This document shows positions 12,701 through 26,169 of a stretch of DNA of 64,000 nucleotides, one piece after another. The position numbers were made by a program, and so were the translations under genes. Location of the stretch: contig NOWV01000134.1 in NCBI GenBank assembly GCA_003344405.1, forward strand, positions 1-64,000, in the 5' to 3' direction. Within the stretch, counting starts at the first letter, position 1. Every line of letters starts with the position of its first letter. The notes under the pieces are model-generated. The model was not told the origin of the DNA. It saw only the letters and a list, made by a program, of their open reading frames with translations, and ran no database searches. This stretch comes from Trichoplax sp. H2 (lineage: Eukaryota).

Positions 12701-13785
12701 TTACATGAATATAAACGATTTATTGTTATAAGTTTGGGATCGAACGCGAACACTCTGAAGCTTTATGAAGTAAAAATATCAATTGGAAACTTTAAATACG
12801 ATCACTCTTAGAGGCAGAGTTACGAGATAGTTTCTGAGTTTGTGTTTTACCGCAGCATTACGGTCATCTTTTATATAGCTGCGGATAATTTGATGGATTT
12901 CTTTACGACAATTGCAGTCCTTAACGCACAGCAGATTCTATACGTCCAGTAACATGACCATCACTAAACCCAGAATTAAATGTAATTACGGATATAGTTA
13001 TTGTAATAACAGTTCATTCTGGTTAGTCATTTACTAAATTTGCATATATAGTCGAAAAAAGAATTACTTTACTTATTTATACATATTTACTTTACTTGGT
13101 GCATTAATGAGGCGTTGTCGAAGATTTTATTCGTCATTGCCTACAACAAATACTGGTGGGACCCACACATAAAAGTATTACAAATAAACTAAAGCCGTAT
13201 TCATTAATATAATGATTCATTACAATTAGTTCAATTGCAACAAATAATAGGTCAAAACTTCTGTATCGTTGTATTAATTATTATTATTGAATATGCATTA
13301 AGGTAGCCTAGTTATGAATAGGCGGGTGTGGGGCAAAGTCTCGGACACACCTTGAAATGCGTAGTTTGGATATTTTTAACAGTAAATCTGATTCAAATCA
13401 TATTAGAACTATATAAGGCAACATGTGCATTAGGTAACTGCATTTACAACTTAAGATAAATCAGACCCTCCCTGATTGACGAGGATTAAGTTGTTTCAGG
13501 AGGCTTTTCAGTTTCTTTTTTTTACCACATATAAATAAGTGATACTTTTTCCAGTTATTTCTTGGCATTAAAAAGGTAAGCAATTGATGCTTTAGTTGTT
13601 GATTATCAGCGAATACTGTTAAAAAAAAAGTAACCTGTATCAATTGCTTCTTGTCAAAGTCAATATAATTCGCCATTTCTTATATGCACCAATATGAAAT
13701 CGTCTTCCTAACTCTAATTTAATTTTCTTCATGATTATTTTTTGTTACTTGGACGCGATTTACTTTTCATGGAATGAAACGCAAG

Positions 13786-16700
13786 ATGGAAATCAGCAGT
13801 AAATATACTTGTCAGTTACCGGATCAAATTAATTTGATCGATTTCATCTTCGAATTCAGTGATAAATACGGCGATCGTGAAGCTGTGGTAAGAATACAAT
13901 TTATCCGTTTTAGCTAGTAATTTGTTTCATCGTTATTAATTGAAATAAGCGTTCAATGCAATTTTCTACTACCCTTACCCCATCATCTTTACTTTACCCA
14001 ATTCAATCCGTAAGATATACTCAAGGCTAATTTATCAATTTTATAGCAGATGGGCTAGATAGCTGAATGTTGTTCTGATTTCATAAGGAAAATCATTTTA
14101 CTTTCTTGACAAATGTGAACATGAATAATCTGCTTTCAGCAGTTTGATTATGGAGAATATGCCTTTTAGATGTAAGAATTAGAGGATACTTCTAACGTCA
14201 AAGTGTCGCTACAATATTAAAAACATGAACTGTTTTCATGAGATAGCGTCTAGGTAATACAAAGTAGGTACAGTGACCCCGAATTTTCGGTCAAAAAATA
14301 ACTCTCAAACTATACCTTTTCTCGTAGATCCATCAATAACAATCAATAGTACAGAAATATTCACGAAAGTATGCGATATACAAATTTGGAACTTATGTTC
14401 TGCTACAGTATTAAGACTTTGAGAGATATAACAAATTGTTATGAAAAACAGAAAATCTTCCGTTTGCACGAATTGTAATTCCGTGTTCATATCGAACTTG
14501 TTGTAAATAATAACATGAGTCATAACCGATGTCTGTAAACTAGACATAAAATTAATGTGGGTGTCAAATTCGCCATCAGTTATATGAAAAATTCTAGATG
14601 AATGTTCAACATTGTTTTGCGAATTTAATGCCTTGCAAATGCCATCAACAACAGCACATTCAAACCAAAGCATCGTTCGCAATCTTAGCTCTTAATACTG
14701 CGGAAAGAAATATTGCAGATAACATTATAGTGTATAAGAGTACAACTGACGCAGTTTTAGCTTTATTTCATGTATAATTTGATTGCATTCTTAAGTCAAT
14801 AAACTATAGCGCAACAATTAACGTGATTTTAAAGCTCACGGCATCTAGTAATGAATTAATAACTTTTATTATACCAATCTAATCTAATCAAAAATAATTT
14901 AAGACGTAATACAATCTTTGCAAGATTAAATGGGGCAAGATTATAAGAAATGATAACGAATAATTCGTCAACTAGGACGAATGTAGTAATTACTGAGCCA
15001 AAATCATTTTATAACTACAGCACAATCCTAACGTGGGTTTATAATCAGTTCAGCGAACGCATCCAAGATTAATTTTGATAGCCGAATAATCACACCATAA
15101 AATTGATTGGGGCAAGCATTCAGTAATAAAGATCGGATTTTATGCTTACAATCTGCTGCATTTCAAAGTTTATTCTAAGCACTGACCAAAAAATCAAGTT
15201 CTACCTTCCTTGGCCATACTCTGCACTGCTCAAAAGTATTCTTACCATCTCGTACATTACTCAAATAAAACTATGTATCGGTGAAAAGTACATCTTTTGC
15301 AAATTAAGATGAATCTTTCAGCATGCACACTTGTATAGTACGACAGGAGCCGGCTTGATTCGTATGAATCGGCATCTTACATCAAATTTTGGCAAAGTTT
15401 ACATTGCATTAGCGTGATGTTGTATCGAGATTATCCATACCAGAAGCGATACTTGTGATAAATGCTGTAGTGATAGCCCTTAGTTTATTAGCTAAGTAAA
15501 GTTTTGATTTGATTACTTATTCTTCGCTATCGTCGAATGCTATTAATGTAATTATGTTGAACAATATCGATAACCACTCAATTTAGTAAGTAAGCTAGTG
15601 TTAATTCCTATAAATCGATTCTTTATGAAAATTTCCCTTTATCACCTTGACGGCCTAAATTGTGGAATTAAATTATTTAAAGGCGACTTAGCACATATTG
15701 GCACTCTCACCCTTGATGATACGCGTATTCCATAATTTAGTGTAGGAGGTGATTACTGAAAAGAAAATAACAGTCTGTGGCTTAGTCTAGTCACATAATC
15801 ATAGCGCTTAGCACAAAATTTTTAATTGCATTATCAATCTGTGATGTCTTTAGTTCTTCTTAACTTTGGGTATGAATATCATTTACTTCCAGATTGACGC
15901 CGCTACTGGCCGCAGCTACACATATGCACAAATTAAGGTTTTAATGAAAAAATTTGCATCGGCTTTGATGCGTCGTGGCTTGAAAAAGGGGGATGTTGTA
16001 GCCGTTTATTCACCCAATATCCCTGAATATCCCATCGTTTTCTTTGGTACTATCGCTGCTGGAGCAACAGTAACGACGTGTAATCCACTATATACCGCGA
16101 AAGAGTTAGCACATCAGTTAGAGTTATCTGGTGCTTCGCATATCTTTACGGTCAATCTTTTTGCCGAGAAAGCTAAAGAAGCAGCTGCATTAAGGTATGA
16201 TAGATTATTATACTGTACGATGCGAGTATTCAGTAGGCTAGCACTTGATTATTGTCCGCTTTAAAATGTTGTGGAGAAGAGTCAATTTTATTATATTATC
16301 TCTTATGTGCTCCAATCCTCTTTCTCATCATGATTTAAACTAGTCATATCTCAAATGTTTACGTTCTTGGAAGTCCTACTGGTGATGGCATTACTTCATT
16401 TCAAGATTTATTAGCGGACGATGGTAGCTATTATGTTCCAGCAAAGATCAATCCTCGCGAAGACGTAGCTGTATTGCCATTTTCTAGTGGTACTACAGGG
16501 TTACCGAAAGGCAAGTATTTAAATTGCCATTCCATTGCGAATTTACAATTTGTCTAACTTCCTCATCACATCGTAGATAAATTGTTCGAAAATGACTGAG
16601 AATATTAAGTAATCGGTGTATCTTGAACTCGGATATTTATAGGTGTTATGCTAACTCACTACAACATCATCAGTAATGTTAGCCAAGCTGCTATGAAGCC

Positions 16701-18293
16701 TTTCTTCAATGTCGACACTGATGATGTTATCCTAGCTCTGCTGCCTTGGTTTCACATTTATGGTATGGTTACTATTCTATTTGTTGGAATTCGCTATGGA
16801 TCTAAAGTTGTATCAATGTCAAGGTTCGAACCAAAGGCTTTTCTAGAGTGTATCCAAAAAAATAAAGTAAGCAAGATAACTGGAGCAACTACCACCTTGA
16901 TTCAATCTTTTAATCGCTCGCTACAATTCGTCGTCATGATTTCTTCTATTTTGGTTAAAATTAATGTTGTTTAGATCACGGTTGCACCCATTGTACCTCC
17001 AATTGCCGTTTTCCTATCTAAACATCCACTGGTATCACAGTTTGATGTTAGCAGTCTTAAAGATGTTATAAGTGCTGCAGCCCCGCTGGGGAAAGAAACA
17101 CAATCATCACTTACCAGCCGATTGGGTGTTTCGGTTAGACAAGGTAAAATATCGTTTTGATCGTAAATGCCAAGCATCAAAATAGGATAGCAAGTTAAAA
17201 TCTTTATTCGTATTCGAATAATTTTCAGTCATACTGTTTAAATTAGCAATATCATAATTAACATCAACCGAAGATGCAAAATGGTAAAACAATTTTAACA
17301 TCGTAGGTTTCGGAATGACTGAGCTAAGCCCTGTTGCTACGGTCTCTCCAGCCAATGAATCTGTTCCTGGCTCAGCTGGAATTCTCGTTGCAAATACCAA
17401 AGGAAAGGTAACAATAGTAACATTAATGACCAACGATAAAACTTTAGCAGCGAAGTTCTCTTCATAAACTGCTTTTATGAACATAAAATCGAGACAGTTA
17501 ACAAGAAGATTTTTATTATAATTTAATTTTTCGTTGAAATTGCTTTATTGCGACATGATAGGTTGTGGATATCGAAACAGGTAAAGCTTTACCTGCCAGA
17601 AAATCTGGTGAATTATGCTTTAAAGGCCCTCAAGTAATGAAAGGGTATTTGAAAAACCAAGCAGCAACTGACAAAACAATTGATCAAGATGGATGGCTAC
17701 ATACTGGCGATATTGGCTACTATGATGAATCGGGAAATTATTTCATTGTTGATCGATTGAAAGAGCTGATCAAATATAAAGGCTTTCAGGTACAATTTCT
17801 CTAGTTTACTTTAAGGGTTGCTGTTTTGGTTAATTTATTGCTTATTATGTTATCACATACGAGTATATACCTAATATGTAACAGTCCATGCTAGCTACTT
17901 AAGTATACCACCATTGCACATAAAAACAACTACTAAAATCAGCCCCTATTATCATTACGTTATTTTATCCTCCTGAAAATTTAGGTTCCACCTGCTGAAC
18001 TAGAAGAATTACTTTTAACTCATCCCAAGATTGCTGATGTCGCAGTGATAGGCATTCCTGATGTAGACGCTGGTGAGCTACCAAAGGCTTTTATAGTCAA
18101 AAAAAGCGATGATTTAATAGCTGAAGAAGTTATACAGTTTGTTGCTGGAGAAGTGGGACCACATAAAAAGTTACGAGGTGGCGTTGAATTTATTGAGGCT
18201 ATACCTAAGTCAGCTAGTGGTAAAATTTTACGACGCCAGTTAAAAGCTCAAGAAATTGAGAAATATAAGAAAGTCAATTCAACTCGATTTTAA
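13786..18293 (+). CDS. 4-coumarate-CoA ligase/luciferase-like acyl-CoA synthetase, copy 1 (8 exons, about 533 aa)
   Basis: Exons 13786-13887, 15893-16194, 16344-16510, 16643-16866, 16975-17143, 17307-17407, 17562-17789, 17985-18293. Motifs: [74 protein letters not shown]. Intron 3 has a GC donor. An alternative in-frame ATG lies at 13774. Confidence 0.93.
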
Positions 18294-20127
18294 TCGAACG
18301 GAAATGGTGCTGTTGCTGGCATAAGATTTAATAATAAATGTCAACATTATTTCTGTTATTATTTACCTCTACACATTCATAGCAATGTTAGTTTTAAGAG
18401 TGACTTTAGATTTAGAAATAACAATCTGCAAATATTCAGCATTAAATTTAGTATGATTTATGATAATATTATTTAGAACAATAGCAATTTAATATTTCGA
18501 TTGCCTTTGTATTTCTTAGTTTTCATAGTTGACGGATGTTGAATATTATGTTTGTTTTCTACTATACCGCCATTTATGTGGTATTATATTTCGATAACTA
18601 CTTCTCTTTATCCTATCATTGTCAATTTAGTTGGATCAATTTTGCTTATTTATAAGTGATTAGTAAACACATTCATTTTTCCTAAAAATAAATTTGAGAA
18701 AGCTTGCTTAAATCTTCATCAGCTATTGCCGAATAGTTATTCAAATATAAAGCTCAGGTGCTGATTTTAAAGTTTGTCGGCTGAGCTAACAATGTTAAAC
18801 ATTGGAAAAATAAGCTCATCACTATGCTTTACAGGCATTTTTTTCGCAATCTAGTATCATCTTAAAGATAATTATATGTAGTCAGAGCGAGGAAAAATAT
18901 GTGCTCTAGAGAATATTGATGTATTTCTAAATTCTTAAGACGGTGGTTGAAATAATCAATATTTACAGTTAATGCATAGAATAGCAGAATACATCGTAAG
19001 CTAGACATTTTCTTGCAGATTGAGTAATTTATATGATATACCAGTTGTCTAACTACACATATGTTAGTACTGACTGAAGCTGATTGAAAAATTAGACTTC
19101 TACTTAGCATGAGATATAATCAATCTTTTGCAAATTTATATTTAATCTATTCTAGTAAGCATTTAATACCGTCTGAATTGGCAGTAGAAAGCTTACATCT
19201 GCGAATTTATAGTCTAATTGATTTGTTAGTTGTGATAATAATTGATCATTTAAAGCTTACGTACTTTATTTTACGAATAATTATATGAAAGTATTTAATC
19301 GTTAGAATGTCAAGTCATGATCTCCAGGAGCTATTCTAGGATTTTAGCAATGTGTTATACGATAGCAAAACAATTTATAATACGAAAATAAGATGATGAT
19401 GTATAAATTTCCCGTTAAAGGCTATTAAGTTCGTAAGTGAGCAAAGAAAGGAAATTCAATGTCTGCAGCATGCTGTATAAATGATTTAGGTTACTTTTTC
19501 CGGCCTTCATTAAACTATCAATCTATTAGGATATCATGAGCACTTTTGTAATGAATCAACACGCTGGCAGTATGAAAAAGAATAGAACAGCTATTGTTCT
19601 TCTCTCCATTAGTTTTATATAACATTAATTTTAGCCACATAATTTGTATACAATAATTATAACTGAATTAATTACTATAGAGACAGAATTCATCAAGAAA
19701 TATACATAATAATACCATATTACGGTTATTGTTTGTTATGAGGCAAGGCATTGCTTAATAAACCCGCACTGAATGGCCGCAATCTATACTATTGTCGGTC
19801 TTATGTTCTTGCTATTTAATTACTGTGATCTTAGGCTACAGTAAGTATCGTTAGTATCTTCCTTATAAGATGTCATACTGGATAGAATTGGTGTATGAAT
19901 TATTTGTCGAACGAAAACAAGGAAGTTTTAGTATTGAATCAACCATTGACGGGAGTCTTAATTACTGAAAGCGCCGTACTTAACACGTACGCTGATCGAA
20001 GCTAGTGTATACGATATAAGTCTACTTATATTTTCGTTATTCTCAATCGTGTTGGTTGTACTTAAATCGTGCATTACTAGCATTTTACTGGTGATTAATT
20101 TGAACAATCCTGTTCTTATAAACTACC

Positions 20128-23100
20128 ATGGAGGTACAGAGCTTATTCACGTGCCAAATACCTGATAATATCAATTTAGTGGATTTTATCTTCCAATATT
20201 TCGATGAATATGGCAGCCGGGTTGCTGTGGTAAGTTCTAACATTTTCTACTTAGTCAATATACAAATTGCGCGATGGGCAAAAGTTTATTAAGAAGTTAT
20301 CCCAAACAAATTCAATTGCATTTCGGACTTGTACAAAAGCAAAATGCCTCTTACATCTCTGTAATACACCACATGATCATTTGCATTTCGCTAATCCCAA
20401 CCAGCAAGCAGAATATGTTCGCATCACTGATATAAAAGATGTTAACGATATCCAATGACAGAAAACGAAATTGATGGCTGATCAATAGCTAAAACCAACA
20501 GACTACCATCTTGAAATAGTAAAGAGTGAAAGTCATCCTAACTAATTTTACTATCCAAGATGAAAAACAAAGAAGCTTTTCTAGCGGTATAATAAAAATA
20601 ATCGTTGTAGTATAATGTCTTAAACGCAATTTTAAAGTCGGGATATAATCGGTTAACAGTGTGCATATTTTGCAAGCCCATTTATTAATAACTTGCTATT
20701 CTTTAGAAGCTTTTCTACTTTCGCTATATCTGTGTCGTTAGTGTTATATAGCCATTGCAATTTCTTCAGCTACAGAACCTAAGACAAGGTTTATCATTTT
20801 CTAATAGTTTTAATTTTATAACCAACTACATACTGCAGTATCTTGAAGGGCAAATGTCTTAACAACGAATCTTTTTTATTATTCTAACAAGGTTTTCATA
20901 TATAACTAGATATGATACTATAAAAGGAGTGATAAATGATGATTATCTTTAACTTAAAATATAAAATTCTGTCAGATTAGTAGTGAAAAGTGTGATCAAA
21001 GTGCCCCTACGTATTCATATGTTTTTATATCGAGCCAGACTTGCTAGGTTAATAGAGTTATCTTCTAAAGATATTAGATTAATTTCGATAATTAGGACTA
21101 TTTCATAAGCATACCATCCATCTTCATGATTTCTTAAATTTCTAACGATGATTGCTATTGTCATGACATGATGCTAACGACTGAATTACTAATTTTATTT
21201 TAATCCGAAATGAAAGCTAACGGAATTGAAGTCAACCAGACTTGACTATAGTATTTTTAACTTTTCACAGTCTAATATGAAAATTTTTGATATGGCAAAG
21301 GCTTCATTAAGTTTGCTCGTTATTTCGGGAGGATAGATTTGTAGAGTTTGAACTGTGGAATCATTTTAGTCGTTTATAAAAATCATTTAACTGATTGAAA
21401 TGCTAGATATACATGACTGAAATTCTGGAACTGTACACGAGAAGTGTAATAGTAATGTTTTCTGGATCACAAATATAAAATATGTATCCTACTGTATACA
21501 TTTAGAGACGAAAATGTTAGAATTTTAATTACTTGATCACAGATACTGCCGGTATACTCACTGATATTATACGGCACTTATTTCAAGAAGTCAATGAATA
21601 CATAGAAAACTAGCTACTTCATTGCAAGATATCAATTTTAAGACTCTTGACTTATTCTGTAATACAGTAACCGTGTCTGACTACCGTATCCGTTACTTGC
21701 ATTTATTATTTTCTTTCTTGTTAAAGTGAATGACATATAATCGGCTAACGCTATGGTTTAAATGGAAATGCTGAAAGATGCGGTTCTAACTACAGTATGA
21801 TACATTTCAGATGCATTTGGTACCAGGTAGCTTAGCGTAGATTAGCTTTCCTTAGAAAGTTTTATAGGCACAGAATCATCAGTACAATATGAAGTACAGA
21901 TCAGTTTCCATCAAGCATTCAATTCTAAGGATCTTAATACTTAATTCGAATGACTTAGATCCATTGTACATGGTTGATTCAATAATTAAGATTTTAAAGC
22001 GATATTGCTAAAGCAATTTTAGGCCTATTAAGGCGAATCTTTTTTACCTTACAGATCCCCTTACCTGTTTGTTTAATTAAAAAATAGTTTAACGAAATGA
22101 AAGCCCTCTCTCTCGGATATTTACTGTATATATATGCAATTTCAAATCTATGACAAAATACTAACTTACATATCAAGTCTGTTTGGCTGCTTCAGAAACA
22201 TTTTCTTAGCAAGAAAACACAATATGCACTATGTTTGAAGACTTAGAGAACTTGTATTAGAATAAAACATAAAAAATGATACTATGACCTAAAATATAAT
22301 ATAATATATACGGATATTAAGGTAGATAATAGATTATCACGGTAGTATATTTAATGCATATTAATGATACCTATCCACAGAAAATATTCTTTATCATCTA
22401 AAAAATAGGTTATTGCTAGTTTTATAAGCAAGCTGCTCCAATTTTACTTATAATAGATATAGATTCCAATAGATTAATGATTGAGCTTTATAATCTTCTC
22501 GTCCTTGCACTATACTGTACAGTGAATGTAATAGCAATTAGATATCTTTTTCAATGCAAATAATGTTATAGCTAAGGATAGAGGCAGACAGTTATCTGAA
22601 CCTACTTTAAATAAAATATATTTCATAATTTAAATACAATCATTAATTTATCGTTCCTAAACTCGTATACCATTAACTTTTAGTTTTTGTATCAGACAAG
22701 ATTATTAAGTAGTGACGGCTAATGAACGTAGTCAGAGTCCAATCCATAGATATATAACCCTAAAATTACAAATGAATTAATCTGATTTACTAAGGTAGGA
22801 TGTTACGTAGTTAAGACCAAGATCTTTCATGTTATTCTTATATAACTATTATCAATACTCATATTATTTACAGGTTGATGCTAAAACTGGCCATTCCTAC
22901 ACTTACGCTCAAATCAGAGAATTCACAATAAAGCTTGCATCGGCTTTATTGCGTCTAGGATTAAGTAATGATGATGTCGTTGCAATTTATGCACCCAATA
23001 TTCCTGAATATCCTATCGTATTTTTTGGAACGGTATTAGCCGGTGGTACAGCATGTATAGTCAATCCGGCATATTCCGTTAAAGAATTAACTAATCAGCT

Positions 23101-26100
23101 AGAATTGTCTGAAGCCAAGTATATCTTTACCGTGAGTGCTTTCCTTGACAAAGCAAAAGAAGCAGCAGCAAGAAGGTCAGAAATGATACATATTATTTTC
23201 TCTATACTTAAAATGATCTAGCTGTTACTACTATCAATTTCTTACCGTCTAATGTCTTTAAAAATATTTGCATCATTAGAGATATTTCTAATATCTACGT
23301 CATGGATAACATCACGGATAGCGATATTACCTTGGCTCAAGAATTATTAGAAGATGATGGCAGTCGATATAAAAGTAAAAAGATCAATTCTTGCGAAAAT
23401 ATAGCGGCTATAGCCTTTACTGATGGTACTACAGGCTCACCCAAAGGTAGCCTTATCAATCCTTGAACTAATGTTATTCGTTAAGAATATAGGTAGTAAT
23501 TAGGTTATTATATCCTTTAACTCTGTACTTCAACAACCACTGTTGGTACGCTCTTTTATTTAGTGAGCAATATAGTATTCAATACGTCTGCAGTTAGATT
23601 TGTAGCATCGTTTGCTTTGTAATCTTACTGTTTTTTCCATAGTAAGCTAGTGGTGAATGGTCTCTAGTTAAGATAGACAGCGAGTTTAAATTTTGTATAG
23701 TCGGCCAGTCCCTGATTCGAATCACACCTTACTGTAAGCTACCCGTCTGCAGTTAGATTTATTGCTTCGTTTATTATGCAATTTGACTGTTTTTCCATAG
23801 TGAGAGGTCGGTAAATAATCTCTAGTTAGGTAAATAGTGAATTTAAAACTTGTTCTTTTCAAGTGAAATTTTGATTCAAGTTGCATCTAACGATAAACTA
23901 TAATCGTCAAGTCATTTACCCTAGCTCGAACCGTAGTCAATAGATTTATAAATTCGCCAAAATTATCGCGAGGTAATGCCCAAAAAATATCTTAGTCGTT
24001 TCTCCCTAGCTGTGTAGACCAGACCGCTAGTTGCTAGGACTATACACAGCTTCTCTGTTGAGATGTTTGTATAGCGCTTGTAAAAAATTCAATATTAAAA
24101 TTGGTTCTTGCCAAAATCCCTATTAACAATCGTATGTATTCACTTTATCAGGCGTTATATTAACTCATCACAATATCATCAGCAATGTTAGCCNNNNNNN
24201 NNNNNNNNNNNNNTAGTTAAGATAGACAGCGAGTTTAAATTTTGTATAGTCGGCCAGTCCCTGATTCGAATCACACCTTACTGTAAGCTACCCGTCTGCA
24301 GTTAGATTTATTGCTTCGTTTATTATGCAATTTGACTGTTTTCCCATAGTGAGAGGTCGGTAAATAATCTCTAGTTAGGTAAATAGTGAATTTAAAACTT
24401 GTTCTTTTCAAGTAAAATTTTGATTCAAGTTGCGTCTAACGATAAACTATAATCATCAAGTCATTTACCCTAGCTATGTAGACCAGACCGCTAGTTGCTA
24501 GGACTATACACAGCTTCTCCGTTGAGATGTTTGTATAGCGCTTGTAAGAAATTCAATATTAAAATTGGTTCTTGCCAAAATCCCTATTAACAACCGTATG
24601 TATTCACTTTATCAGGCGTTATTTTAACTCATCACAATATCATCAGCAATGTTAGCCAAGCTGCTGTACGGCCATTCTTTACAGTCGATGAACAAGATAT
24701 CTTATTGGCCTTGATACCATGGTTCGACATCTATGGTATGGTTGCAAATCTCTTGATTGGTTTACGATTTGGAGGTAAACTTGTTTCCCTGGCCGAAGCT
24801 AATACAACAGTCTTTCTAGAAACAATTCAACAACACAAGGTATAGTAACTATATTCTAGCGATCGTTTTCTTCATTTTTATTGATATACGAGGTTATTTG
24901 GAATGTCAAGGGAGCTTAGTAATTTTATTTTCTTTCAAGATTACCATTGCAACTATTACTCCACGAATTGCAGCTTCGCTATCCAAACAGACATTGACTG
25001 GCAACATTAATGTTAGCAGTTTGAACGACGTTATTGGGGCAGCAGCTCCTTTAGGTAAAGAAGCGCAAACAGTATTGGGAGGTAATCTGGGTGGATCATA
25101 TCGACAAGGTAAGCAATACATAGCTAGAAATATCAGTAACATCTGGTTTGATTCTTCAGGTAGCACACTATTTCCCCATCATTTAAAGGTATTCATACAA
25201 TTGCTTATATGTCTTTTTTTCCCGGGCGTACTTAGCTTACGGCTTAACTGAATTAAGTCCCGTAGTAGCTGTTGTGCCTTCAAGCAAGGCAATCATTGGC
25301 TCGGTCGGTAAACTTGTTCCCCATACGAAGGGAAAGGTACTGATATAGTTATAATGTTCTGCTATCCGTCCATTTCGACCATTTTCTTACTATATCACAA
25401 AATAAATTCGTCAGTTAATGCCGTAGTAAACGTTAGTATTAAGTTATGGTACGGCAAAATAATGATTTAAATGCTTCGATTTATGTTGGTATAGGTAGTA
25501 AATATTGAAACTGGTGAAGCTCTACCTGTTGGCGAATCAGGTGAATTATGCTTTAAAGGTCCTCAAGTAATGAAAGGCTATTTAGGAAATCAGGCTGCTA
25601 CTGAATCAGTTATTGATGAAGATGGATGGTTACATACTGGAGATGTTGGGTATTATGATGAATCGGGCAATTTGTATATCGTTGATCGCCTGGATGAATT
25701 CATTAAATATGACGATTTCCAGGTAAATGGGAGTTATAAAGGGAAAGATTTCATCCCATAAATTAAATTTCTGCTGATTACTATGATTAATAGATAATTT
25801 CACTTAGTCTGAGAATGACAATTTGACCTCGTTTCATTCATGCTATAGGTAGCACCGGCTGAATTAGAAGAGGTTTTATTAACTCATCCTAAGGTTTCCG
25901 ATGCAGCTGTTATTGGGATTCCAAATATTGATGGTGGAGAGCTTGCCAAGGCCTTCGTAGTTAAATGTGATAATGATATCACTGAGAAAGAGTTGGAAGA
26001 TTTTGTTGCTTCAGAAGTAGCTGAACATAAGAAATTATATGGAGGGGTTGAATTTATTGATACTCTGCCTAAATCGACAGGTGGCAAGTTATTGCGTCGT

Positions 26101-26169
26101 CGACTGAAAGAGCTGGAAATAGAAAAGATAAAAGCAATTACTCAGTTTGATACCGTAGAAAGCTTTTAA
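20128..26169 (+). CDS. 4CL/luciferase-like adenylate-forming enzyme, copy 2, divergent (8 exons, about 537 aa)
   Basis: Exons 20128-20229, 22874-23175, 23280-23446, 24616-24839, 24940-25108, 25236-25336, 25495-25722, 25849-26169. Exons 1-7 have the same lengths as in the paralogs (102/302/167/224/169/101/228) and the frame is open. Motifs are altered: AFTDGTTGSPKG, PWFDIYG, QAYGLTE, DRLDEFIKYDDFQ, PKSTGGKLLRR. The gene spans an assembly gap. Confidence 0.88.
23585..23900. repeat. Diverged tandem duplication (2 x ~159 bp) in intron 3 of copy 2
   Basis: cgtctgcagttagattt...actgttttt.ccatagt...tctctagtta.g...tttaaa...tgattc recurs at about 23585 and 23744. Confidence 0.75.
23665..24657. other. 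Assembly gap (20 N, 24194-24213) flanked by overlapping near-identical sequence, probably uncollapsed haplotypes
   Basis: 23665-24193 is repeated at 24214-24657 with a few SNPs and an 85-bp indel. The start of exon 4 therefore appears twice (24152 and 24616). Confidence 0.85.

Noticed and set aside
14305-14682. 125-aa minus-strand ORF nested in intron 1 of ligase copy 1
   Set aside because: It has a non-ATG start, no recognisable domain, and no counterpart in paralog introns. It cannot be supported without a database search.
23640-23735. tRNA or tRNA-derived SINE (A-box-like agctagtgg, B-box-like gattcgaatc)
   Set aside because: No cloverleaf can be folded, the boxes are degenerate, and they are not kept in the adjacent repeat copy.
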